A DNA stretch of 64,000 bases from an uncultured Actinomycetes bacterium (GTDB lineage Bacteria > Actinomycetota > Thermoleophilia > Gaiellales > Gaiellaceae): contig CAWIHQ010000004.1 in the NCBI GenBank assembly GCA_963835965.1, positions 151,921 to 215,920 on the forward strand. The letters run 5' to 3'. A model generated the notes under the pieces. It searched no databases. It was not told the DNA's origin and worked only from the letters and a program-made list of their open reading frames with translations. Shown one piece after another: positions 9,820 to 17,552 of this stretch (position 1 is its first letter; the number at the start of each line of letters is the position of its first letter). Both the position numbers and the translations under genes were made by a program.

Positions 9820-10296
9820 TCAGGCGCCCGCGTCGCCGGTGAAAAGCGCGCGCAGGTCGAGCGACGGCGCATGCGTCTGCGATGCGAGCGAGACGTACTC
9901 GCGGCCGAGGGCATCTTTCGCGGCTCCGAGCACGGTGCTCACCAGGCCGAGTGAGAGAGCCAGCTCCTTCGGCCGCAAGCGTGCGCAGAGCGCGGTCCAC
10001 GTCGCTTCTTCCAAGGCATTGAAGGCGCCCTGGACTTCCGTGAGGTCGTAGCCCGACTCGAAACGCTCCGCGGCGAGCTTCCGCGCGTAGTCGAGCACGC
10101 CCTCGAGATCGCGGCTCGACAGGGCCTCCAGCAGCTCGTCGTAGAGCAGCTCGATGCGGCGCCGGGTTTCTTCCTGCCCGGCCGCCTCGTAGTGGGTCCG
10201 GCTGTGCCGGAGCGACTCGCAGGCCGCGTCGACGATTGGCACTCGCTCCTGCTCGAGGACTTGCAAAACGTCGGCGCTTCCCCCAGGTTTGTTCAT
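9820..10296 (-). CDS. Hypothetical helical protein (possibly an RsbR-N/globin-like sensor-type domain; weak call)
   Basis: 158-aa ORF with protein-like composition and high GC3. Family assignment is from memory only. Confidence 0.45.
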   Translation of the reverse strand: MNKPGGSADVLQVLEQERVPIVDAACESLRHSRTHYEAAGQEETRRRIELLYDELLEALSSRDLEGVLDYARKLAAERFESGYDLTEVQGAFNALEEATWTALCARLRPKELALSLGLVSTVLGAAKDALGREYVSLASQTHAPSLDLRALFTGDAGA

Positions 10297-10405
10297 GGAG
10301 CTCCTCGTCTCGACGCGGGTGAGGATACGCGTCCGTGCTCACCACGCCTGCCGTTCCGTAGTTCATCCGGATGCGGCTGCCTCGAAGCGCGGCGACTATC
10401 GGCGC

Positions 10406-10879
10406 ATGGTGTACGTCGAGCATCGGTCGGACGAACTGCCTGTCGCCTTCGAGATCGCAACCGTCGCCGATGCGATGAGCAACGGCGTCATCAGCTGTCC
10501 GCCCGAGGCGCCGCTGAGGCTCGTGGCCCGGATGATGGTCACCTTCGGTGTGCATGCAATCTTCGTCTTCGAGCACTCGGACGAGGACGACGAGGCGCCG
10601 CAGTTGTGGGGCGTCGTCTCCGATCTCGATCTCGTGGCGGCCACGCGGCTCGATCTCGACACGCTTACCGCCGGTGCGACCGCGGTCACGCCGCTCGTCA
10701 CCGTTAGGGCCGACAGGTCGATCGCCGAAGCGGGCAGCCTGATGGCCCAGTACGGGGTCGCGCACCTCGCCGTCACCGACCCCGACTTCGACCGCCCGAT
10801 CGGCGTCATCTCGACGCTCGACATCGCGCGGGCGATCGCGGCCAGTCTCGGCCCACGCGAGATCTTCGCCTCGGCTTGA
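10406..10879 (+). CDS. CBS domain pair protein
   Basis: Two CBS-like units (VADAMSNGVISCP...HAIFVF...GVVSDLDL and VTPLVTV...AHLAVTD...IGVISTLDI). ATG at 10406. Confidence 0.75.
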   Translation: MVYVEHRSDELPVAFEIATVADAMSNGVISCPPEAPLRLVARMMVTFGVHAIFVFEHSDEDDEAPQLWGVVSDLDLVAATRLDLDTLTAGATAVTPLVTVRADRSIAEAGSLMAQYGVAHLAVTDPDFDRPIGVISTLDIARAIAASLGPREIFASA

Positions 10880-10902
10880 CGTAGCCGGAGAAGTCCGGGT
10901 TT

Positions 10903-11202
10903 TTGCGCATCAAGACAGCGGCATCTCCGGATTCAGCCGGCGTCCAGGAGGATGAAACTCGCGCCATGGACGAGATGCACGCAACACTCGATCGGCTCGA
11001 GACGCGGATCGAAGACCAGGGAGCTCGGATCGACGCTCTCTACCGCCTTCTCGAGCTGCGCGGGATTCTTCCGCAGGCCGTCGACGCGGGTCGGGGCGAC
11101 GCGCTGTCCGACGAGGAGCCGGAGGTCCTGGACCTGCCGTCCTGGCATGAGTCGCCGCGGCCGGCGAGGCGCTTTCACGTCGGTGAGGCAACCGGCGTCT
11201 AG
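10903..11202 (+). CDS. Small hypothetical protein (coiled-coil-like); real start may be the internal MDEMHATL
   Basis: ORF with high GC3 in frame. No recognisable family. Confidence 0.3.
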   Translation: MRIKTAASPDSAGVQEDETRAMDEMHATLDRLETRIEDQGARIDALYRLLELRGILPQAVDAGRGDALSDEEPEVLDLPSWHESPRPARRFHVGEATGV

Positions 11203-11340
11203 GTCGAAGCTCTTCTGGCCGTCAGGTGGGGTAGGGCGGCGGCTCGGCCGGCGGCGATCCGGTCCCGGTACCAGAAGAAGCTGTCCTTCGGCACCCGCTC
11301 CAGAGTCAGGTAGTCGACGTAGACGCCCCCAAGTGCGAGC
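11199..11340 (-). pseudogene. Relic of the extreme C-terminus of a GH1 beta-glucosidase-like gene
   Basis: Minus-strand frame reads ...GGVYVDYLTLERVPKDSFFWYRDRIAAG...*. This resembles the conserved GH1 C-terminal block (GLVYVDY..Q.R.PK.S..WY...I). Nothing GH1-like lies upstream, which is the hsp20 region. Confidence 0.4.
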
Positions 11341-11344
11341 GGCG

Positions 11345-11372
11345 GGGCGGAGGCGCAGGAGCGCCTCCGCCC
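11345..11372. terminator. Perfect 12-bp GC hairpin between the hsp20 3' end and the upstream small ORF (possible bidirectional terminator)
   Basis: gggcggaggcgc-agga-gcgcctccgccc, 9 nt from the hsp20 stop. Confidence 0.5.
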
Positions 11373-11380
11373 GCGTTGGA

Positions 11381-11800
11381 TCACTCTTTCGTGATCTCGA
11401 CCTTCTTCGGCTTCACGGTTGGCAGCTTCTCGGCATGCACCTCGAGCACCCCGTTGGCGAATACCGCCTTCAGGTGCTCGCTGTCGGCCTCGTTCGGGAG
11501 GACGAAGCGGCGTTCGAACATGCGCTCGAGCCGCTCGTGGAGCGCGAACTCCTTCGTCTTCTCCTCCTCGACCTTCTCGCGCGAGCCCTTGATCGCAAGC
11601 GTGTGGTCGTAGACCTTGATCGAGAGCTCCTTCTCCTCGTAGCCGGGGACTTCGAGCTCGACGACGAACTCGTCGTCGGTCTCGTAGACGTCGGCGGCGG
11701 GAGCGAGCCCGGGCGCGAAGCCGATCTCTTCGAAGATGCGCCGCATGCGGCGCTCCATCGAGTCGAGCTCCGTGAAGGGTGTCCACTTGACGATGGTCAT
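11381..11800 (-). CDS. Hsp20/alpha-crystallin family small heat-shock protein
   Basis: 139 aa. DVYETDDEFVVELEVPGYEEKELSIKV...F.R.F.LP...D....A.F.NGVLEV is a canonical ACD pattern. Confidence 0.9.
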   Translation of the reverse strand: MTIVKWTPFTELDSMERRMRRIFEEIGFAPGLAPAADVYETDDEFVVELEVPGYEEKELSIKVYDHTLAIKGSREKVEEEKTKEFALHERLERMFERRFVLPNEADSEHLKAVFANGVLEVHAEKLPTVKPKKVEITKE

Positions 11801-11888
11801 GTGTCACCTCCTTCCAGCTGCATGGTGACCGCTGCGCGTGCGTGCGCCATCGTGGGAATCACCGATCCGACGGGGCTCGCCGGTCGTT

Positions 11889-12899
11889 TCAGGCTGCGCG
11901 CTCGAGCAGGTGGGCCAGCCCGCGCACTGCCATTTCGGCGCCTGCCAGACGGAGCTGTCGCAGCCGGTCCGGATCGCCGGCCGGATCCACCGCGACAACC
12001 CAGGCAAAGCCGGCTGCCGCCGCGGCGGCCACGCCGGCCGGGCTCGTCTCGAACGCCGCTGCCGACTGCGGCTCGACACCGAGCCTCCGGCAGGCGGCGA
12101 GCAACCGGTCCGGAGCGGGCCGGTTGCGCAGGTGCTCGGCCGCGATCGTCTCGGCGTCGATGCTCCCGTCCACGAGCTCGTCGAGGCCGCTCCGCTCGAG
12201 CATCTCGTCGGTATGAGCGCTTGCAGAGACGACCGCGCAACTGATGCCCGCGTCGTGCGCTAGCTCGAAGTAGTGACGAACGCCGTCGAACGCGCGGACT
12301 CCACGCTGCTCGAGCAGCAGACCGAGCCACTCGTTCTTGCGGTTCGCCAGCCCGTGCACGGTCTCCGCCCCGGGCGGATCGGACGGCCGCCCCTCGGGCA
12401 GGCGGATGCCGCGACTGGCGAGAAATGCGCGCACACCCTCGAGCCGCGGCCGGCCCTCGATGTGCTCCGGATAGTCCCTGCGCGGATCGAACGGCGCGCT
12501 CAAGCGCCCGTAGCTCGTCTCCGACCGAGCGACGAGCAGCTCGTTCAGCGTCCGCGCCCATGCCTCCCTGTGCAGGCCGGCGCTGCCCACGAGCACATCG
12601 TCCAGTTCGAATACGCAGGACCGAACCGCCGGCGGAAGCCCGAGCGCTCGCCGGGCGCGCCCGCGGGGTAGGAACGGCTCCGCGAGCTCGGTCGGAAGCC
12701 CCTCGTCGAGCGCGAACTGGCGAAGCTCTGCTGCTGCCGTCCCGAACTCGCCGCGTAGATGACGCTCGTGTGCCTCGAGCTCCTGGTCGGGGAGGACGCC
12801 TTCCTCCGCGCGCAGCGCCTCCCGGGCCGAGAGCAGCGCTTCCCGCCACTCGGAGCGGAGGAGGTCGAGCTCTGCGCGTTCGGCTTCCCTGTCGGTCAT
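11889..12899 (-). CDS. HAD-family hydrolase (beta-phosphoglucomutase-like) with an N-terminal helical extension
   Basis: CVFELDDVLV (DxD), SASAHTDEML, AFETSPAGVAAAAAAG. ATG at 12899. The rest of the 654-aa track ORF is a shadow. Confidence 0.75.
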   Translation of the reverse strand: MTDREAERAELDLLRSEWREALLSAREALRAEEGVLPDQELEAHERHLRGEFGTAAAELRQFALDEGLPTELAEPFLPRGRARRALGLPPAVRSCVFELDDVLVGSAGLHREAWARTLNELLVARSETSYGRLSAPFDPRRDYPEHIEGRPRLEGVRAFLASRGIRLPEGRPSDPPGAETVHGLANRKNEWLGLLLEQRGVRAFDGVRHYFELAHDAGISCAVVSASAHTDEMLERSGLDELVDGSIDAETIAAEHLRNRPAPDRLLAACRRLGVEPQSAAAFETSPAGVAAAAAAGFAWVVAVDPAGDPDRLRQLRLAGAEMAVRGLAHLLERAA

Positions 12900-13027
12900 A
12901 CCGCCAGGGTGCACCCGGCCGATCCCCAGTGCATCCGCGAAGACCCGGGTCGCGACCTCAGCAGTTCTCCGGATGCCCGCGCCGCGGGAGGCGGCGACGA
13001 TGCAGACCAGAGAGATTGGAGGACACG

Positions 13028-13420
13028 ATGAACGCCCAGACGTACGAGAACGTCTTCGCCGCGATGCGTGGTGAGGCGGTTGCGCATGCGCGGTATCTGC
13101 TGTTCGCCGCAGCGGCGCGCAAGCGAGGAGAAGTGAGGCTCGCCTCGATGTTCGAGGGGATCGCAGCCGTCGAGCTGCAGGAGCACTTCGCCGAGCTCGC
13201 GGAGCTCGCCGGGTTCGTCGGGACGGATGCGGACAACATCCGCGGCGCGATCCTGGACGAGAACTGCGAGGTCGAGGAGACGTATCCGCGGTTCGCCGAG
13301 CAGGCCCGTGCGGCCGGCGAGCTCGCGGTCGCGGAGCGCTTCGAGGAGACGGCGGAGGACGAGCGGGAGCACGAGAAGACGCTCGAACAGGCGCTCGAGC
13401 AGCTCGAAGTCCCGGTCTAG
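13028..13420 (+). CDS. Rubrerythrin/ferritin-like di-iron protein (no rubredoxin domain)
   Basis: Four-helix ExxH pattern (GEAVAHARY, ELQEHFAEL, EVEETYP, EDEREHEKTL). GGAGG lies 6-7 nt before the ATG at 13028. Confidence 0.8.
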   Translation: MNAQTYENVFAAMRGEAVAHARYLLFAAAARKRGEVRLASMFEGIAAVELQEHFAELAELAGFVGTDADNIRGAILDENCEVEETYPRFAEQARAAGELAVAERFEETAEDEREHEKTLEQALEQLEVPV

Positions 13421-13569
13421 TCGCGTTCCGGTCGCCGCCGACGTCGGGGATTTCCCGCAGGCGAGACGGGGAAGATCCGCCGTCAGCTTCCGCGGTAGCC
13501 CCGACGACTCCGGCGCAGCACCACCCGACACTACGACGAAACGCACCACGGTTCGAAAGGAGTCGGGAC

Positions 13570-14241
13570 ATGCGCAAGGCACTGGAAATTGGAGGATTCA
13601 TCGCAGCGGCCGTCCTCATCGTGTTCGGCATCGTTGCCATCGCGATGGGCGTGAACGGCCGGAGCACGGTCAACAACAGCCTCTCGCACGAGTACATCGT
13701 CGCGGGATCCGACATGACGCCGTCGGCGATCAAGGCCGAGGCGCAGAAGGCGGGCATCGCGTCGGCGGTCAAGCAGTGGCCGACGATGAACATCGCAGGA
13801 AAGACGATCGACACCGGCCCCGAGGCGCAGGCGATGGCGCAGTACATGCACATCCACGCGCTCGAGGCGACGGGTGGCTACACGTACGCCCAGATGGGCA
13901 TCTACACGGCGAAGCCCGGGACGCCGAAGTCCCAGCTGATGACGGGCGGCGGCACGGACAACACCGCGTTCGCCGCGATCGATCCGACGACGAAGCAGCC
14001 CGTGCAGAACGGCGCTCGGCAGGTCTGGATCAGCGAGACCGCGCTCACGAACGCCCTGAACATGAGCTTCATGGCTTCGCGGATCGCACTGTTCGGGATC
14101 GTGGTCGGGATCGCCCTCCTCCTCACAGGAATCGGCTTCGCAATCCTCTCGGCCGTCGGGGCGCTCCGGAATCCGGAGACCGTTCTCTCGTTCGCGAAGA
14201 AGCCGGACCTCAAGAAGACTCCCGCGGTGCCGGTGGCATAA
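13570..14241 (+). CDS. Hypothetical membrane protein (TM helix at each end, extracytoplasmic middle)
   Basis: AAAGGAG RBS upstream of the ATG. N-terminal (IGGFIAAAVLIVFGIVAIAMG) and C-terminal (LFGIVVGIALLLTGIGFAILSAV) hydrophobic helices. Confidence 0.6.
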   Translation: MRKALEIGGFIAAAVLIVFGIVAIAMGVNGRSTVNNSLSHEYIVAGSDMTPSAIKAEAQKAGIASAVKQWPTMNIAGKTIDTGPEAQAMAQYMHIHALEATGGYTYAQMGIYTAKPGTPKSQLMTGGGTDNTAFAAIDPTTKQPVQNGARQVWISETALTNALNMSFMASRIALFGIVVGIALLLTGIGFAILSAVGALRNPETVLSFAKKPDLKKTPAVPVA

Positions 14242-14379
14242 GCAGCCCGACTCCACCGTAGGACAGTGAGGGCCGCTGCAGAGCGGCCCTCACGCTTTGC
14301 GCGAACTACGGGAAAGGCCGCATCCAGGATCCGCGGGAGGCACGACGCCTTCCGGGGGCTCGGCGGCGACGATGGCGGC

Positions 14380-14652
14380 ATGGGAATCGAGTCCACGACG
14401 CATCTCTGCTCGCTCGAAGCGGCCGTCGGCAGGCACGAGGCGTGCCCGGAGGGTGCCTGTCCGTTCTGGGAGCCCGGCGGCGCGGCGCTCGATGGACGCT
14501 GCGCGTTCGAGGAACTCGACATCACGGCCGACGCCGCGCTTGCAACCTGGCTGCTCGAGATCCGTGAACGTTTGGCCTCGTCAGAATCGACCGTGGCCGC
14601 GGACGCTGCACGCAGCCTCTTCCGTCACCTGCTCAACGGATCGGTCGAGTAG
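14380..14652 (+). CDS. Small hypothetical 4-Cys protein
   Basis: MGIESTTHLCSLEAAVGRHEACPEGACPFWEPGGAALDGRCAFEE... In-frame ATG at 14380. Convergent with the DevR-like regulator gene. Confidence 0.4.
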   Translation: MGIESTTHLCSLEAAVGRHEACPEGACPFWEPGGAALDGRCAFEELDITADAALATWLLEIRERLASSESTVAADAARSLFRHLLNGSVE

Positions 14653-14673
14653 AGAGCGAGGCCCGGCCCCGCG

Positions 14674-15315
14674 TCACTCGGCCTCGAGAAGACCACGGTC
14701 GAGCGCGTACGCCACCAGGTCTGCCCGGGTCTGCAGCCGGAGCTTCTGCATGATGTGCGCCCGGTGTGTCTCGGCCGTGCGGACCGAGATGTAGAGCATC
14801 TTCGCGATCTCCTGGTTCGTGTGGCCGAGTGCGAGCAGACGCAGCACCTCCCGCTCGCGGTCGGAGAGCGGATCCTCCTCGGCGAGCTTGGCCGCTTCGG
14901 CGTCGGCCGCCACGAGCCGCGCGCCGAGCTCCGGGTTGACGTAGCGCCCGCCGCCGGCGACCTCGCGAATCGCTGCCACGACCTCGTTGTCGGCCGCTTC
15001 CTTGAGGACGTAGCCGCTGGCACCCGCCGCGAACGCCTCGCGCACGTAGCGAGGCTCGTCCTGCATCGACAGGATGAGCACCTTCGCGTCCGGGTTCTCG
15101 TGCTTCAGCTGCGGCAGCACTTCGAGGCCCGTCTGCTCGGGCATGACGACGTCGAGCAGGATCACGTCGGGCTTGAGCGCCCGCCCTTGGAACACCGCAT
15201 CGCGGGCATTGCCCGCCTCGCCGACGGGCTCGAGGTCGTCCTCTGCCTCGAGGAGCAGCCGCAGGCCGGTCCGGACCACGGCGTGGTCGTCGACGATGAG
15301 GACCCGGATGCTCAC
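14674..15315 (-). CDS. NarL/LuxR-family response regulator (DevR/DosR-like)
   Basis: IRVLIVDDH, DVILLDVVMP, LSMQDEP... receiver, plus a LuxR HTH (LSDREREVLRLLALGHTNQEIAKMLYISVRTAETHRAHIMQKL). GTG at 15315 overlaps the kinase stop (GTGA). Confidence 0.9.
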   Translation of the reverse strand: MSIRVLIVDDHAVVRTGLRLLLEAEDDLEPVGEAGNARDAVFQGRALKPDVILLDVVMPEQTGLEVLPQLKHENPDAKVLILSMQDEPRYVREAFAAGASGYVLKEAADNEVVAAIREVAGGGRYVNPELGARLVAADAEAAKLAEEDPLSDREREVLRLLALGHTNQEIAKMLYISVRTAETHRAHIMQKLRLQTRADLVAYALDRGLLEAE

Positions 15316-16952
15316 CCGAGAGGCACCTCCGCGACGATCGTCGTCCCGGCGCCCGGGCGCGACTCGATCTCCAGCCGCCCGTCGACGAAGGACAGCCGCT
15401 CGCGCATGCCGAGTAGCCCCACGCCTTCCCCGCGGACGGCTCTCTGGTCGAAGCCGGCCCCGTCGTCCTCGATCACCGCTGCGACGGTGGACCCGCGCCG
15501 GGCGATCGAGACGCTGATGTTGTGCGCCTTCGCGTGCTTGACGATGTTCGTGAGCGACTCCTGCACGACCCGGTACAGCGTCGTCTCGACCTCGGACGGC
15601 AGCCGCTTGTCGCCGAGCGCCGAATGGAAGTCGACGCGAATGTCCGACTGCTCCGCGAACGCATCGGTCAGCCGCTCGAGCGCCGGCACGAGCCCGAAGT
15701 CGTCGAGCACGGCCGGGCGAAGCTCGACCGCGAGGCGGCGGACGTCCTGGAGAGCGCTCACGACCTGCTCCCGCAGCTCGACGAGGGCGGAGCGCGCCGG
15801 GTGGTCCGCGAGTGCCTCCTCGAGCGGTTTCAGCCCGAGCAGGATCGAGGTCAGTGCCTGCCCCGTCTCGTCGTGGAGCTCGCGCGCGAGCCTCTGACGC
15901 TCCAGCTCCTGCGCCTGCACGACGCGGCGGACCGCATCCCGCGCCACTCGCTGCGACAGCTCGACTGCGACGGCGGCGCGGGCCGCGAATGTCTCGGCCA
16001 GCCGGAAGTCGTCGTGGGAGAAGCGAGGGTCGAGGCCTTCCTTGTCGTGGATCTCGAGCACGCCGATACCCTGGTCGCGCGCGATCAGGGGGATCCACAT
16101 GCCGGTCCGGGCGGCGAGTTGCCGCGAGACCTCCTGGTGCACCTCGGGATCGTCGAGCACCGAGTCGATGCGCTCGCTGCGCCGACGCTCGAGCACGGCG
16201 CCGCTCTTCGACCCGGACCGGGAGATGGTCGTGCCGAGCAGACCCTCGGCGCCGGCCACCGCCGCGAACCGCAGTGCGTCACCGCCGCTCGGCAGCGCGA
16301 GCGCGACGACGCGGGCTCCGAGCAGCTCGCGCAGGCGCCGGACGACGAGGTCGAGCAGCTTTTCGAGATCGGTTTCGGTGGCCAGCGCGTTGCCGACCTC
16401 CTGCAGCGACTGCAGCTGCCGTGACCAGCGAGTCGAGGCCTCGTAGAGGCGCGCGTTCTCGATCGCCACCGCCGCCTGGCCGGCGAGGAGCGTGACGAGC
16501 TCCTCGTCCTCGTCCGTGAAATCCTCGCCGCTCTCTTTTTCGGTGAGGTAGACGTTCCCGTAGGCGACGCCGCGCAGCAAGATCGGCACGCCGAGGAAGC
16601 TGCGCATCGGTGGGTGCCCGGGAGGGAAGCCGACCGACCGCGGGTCCTCGGCGAGGTCGTGCAGGCGTAGCGGCCTCGCCTCGCGGATCAGCACCCCGAG
16701 GATGCCCCGCCCGCGCGGCAGCGCGCCGATCTCGGCGCGAAGGGCGTCGTCGATGCCGTGGGTGACGAACTGCTCGAGTTCCAAGCCGTTCGCGTCGATC
16801 ACGCCGAGCGCCGCGTAGCGCGCGCCCGTCAGCTCGGCCGCCACCTCCACGAGCCGACCCAGAAGTGCGTCCAGCGACAGCTCGGAGGTGACGGCGACTC
16901 CCGCCGCGAACAGCGCGCGCAGACGCCCTTCGGTGACCGACAGCGCGTCCAT
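15312..16952 (-). CDS. Tandem-GAF sensor histidine kinase (HisKA_3 + HATPase), DevS/DosT-like
   Basis: Two GAF-like regions. GFPPGHPPMRSFLGVPI...YGNVYLTEK resembles the heme-GAF segment of mycobacterial DevS/DosT (from memory). H-box RLARELHDETGQALTSI. ATPase motifs VQESLTNIVKHA, DDGAGF, GVGLLGMRER. Start is ATG 16952 or GTG 16991. Confidence 0.85.
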   Translation of the reverse strand: MDALSVTEGRLRALFAAGVAVTSELSLDALLGRLVEVAAELTGARYAALGVIDANGLELEQFVTHGIDDALRAEIGALPRGRGILGVLIREARPLRLHDLAEDPRSVGFPPGHPPMRSFLGVPILLRGVAYGNVYLTEKESGEDFTDEDEELVTLLAGQAAVAIENARLYEASTRWSRQLQSLQEVGNALATETDLEKLLDLVVRRLRELLGARVVALALPSGGDALRFAAVAGAEGLLGTTISRSGSKSGAVLERRRSERIDSVLDDPEVHQEVSRQLAARTGMWIPLIARDQGIGVLEIHDKEGLDPRFSHDDFRLAETFAARAAVAVELSQRVARDAVRRVVQAQELERQRLARELHDETGQALTSILLGLKPLEEALADHPARSALVELREQVVSALQDVRRLAVELRPAVLDDFGLVPALERLTDAFAEQSDIRVDFHSALGDKRLPSEVETTLYRVVQESLTNIVKHAKAHNISVSIARRGSTVAAVIEDDGAGFDQRAVRGEGVGLLGMRERLSFVDGRLEIESRPGAGTTIVAEVPLG

Positions 16953-17072
16953 TCGGAACAAGCCTAAACCTAGGTGCGTGGTTTCCCGCACCAGCAGACG
17001 GCTCCGCCCGGATGCCGATACCCTCGACCTGGACGAACACTGTCTCCATGATCACGAGAAGGAGGCAGTGAG

Positions 17073-17552
17073 ATGAGCGATACGAGACCGATTCTGTTCG
17101 CGACCGACGGGTCGCCTTCGGCCGAGGTGGCACAGCAGGAAGCGTTCGAGCTCGCCCAGCGGCTCGACGCTCCGCTCGTCGTCGTCTCCGTCGCGCACGC
17201 CCACCTGCCCGCGGTCGGCTACGCCGGCTACGGCTACTCGAACATCGTGGCCGAGCTCACGCAGGCCGAGCACAAGCGCGTGAAAGAGCTCCTGGCCACG
17301 ATCGCCACCTCTGCGTGTGCGGCCGGCCTGTCGTGCTCGACCGTCCTTGCCGACGGGTTCGCCGTCGAGGAGATCTGCGAGGTTGCGAGCGAGCACGACG
17401 CGCAGCTGATCGTGGTGGGCTCCCACGGCTGGGGCGCCGCGCGCCGGTTCCTGTCCGGCAGCGTCTCGACCGGGCTCGTCCATTCGGCGCCGTGTCCGGT
17501 ACTCGTCGTCCGACCGCGGGAGCAGCCCGCCCAACACGCGGCGGCCGCGTGA
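17073..17552 (+). CDS. Universal stress protein (UspA family)
   Basis: GAAGGAGG RBS. ILFATDGSPSA..., LIVVGSHGWGAARRFLSGSVSTGLVHSAPCPVLVV (ATP-binding G-2x-G-9x-G(S/T) type). Confidence 0.85.
   Translation: MSDTRPILFATDGSPSAEVAQQEAFELAQRLDAPLVVVSVAHAHLPAVGYAGYGYSNIVAELTQAEHKRVKELLATIATSACAAGLSCSTVLADGFAVEEICEVASEHDAQLIVVGSHGWGAARRFLSGSVSTGLVHSAPCPVLVVRPREQPAQHAAAA

Noticed and set aside
8330-10765. 811-aa ORF on the minus strand
   Set aside because: Only the C-terminal 396 aa (from ATG 9520) are protein-like. The upstream 415 aa are Arg/Gly/Ala/Pro-rich shadow sequence running antisense to the real genes at 9820-10296 and 10406-10879.
16953-17072. Search for a DosR-type palindromic box (GGGAC-N4-GTCCC-like) in the kinase/USP divergent promoter
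   Set aside because: Only a poor match was seen (tGGACgaacactGTCtCC), with the wrong spacing. No operator call is made.
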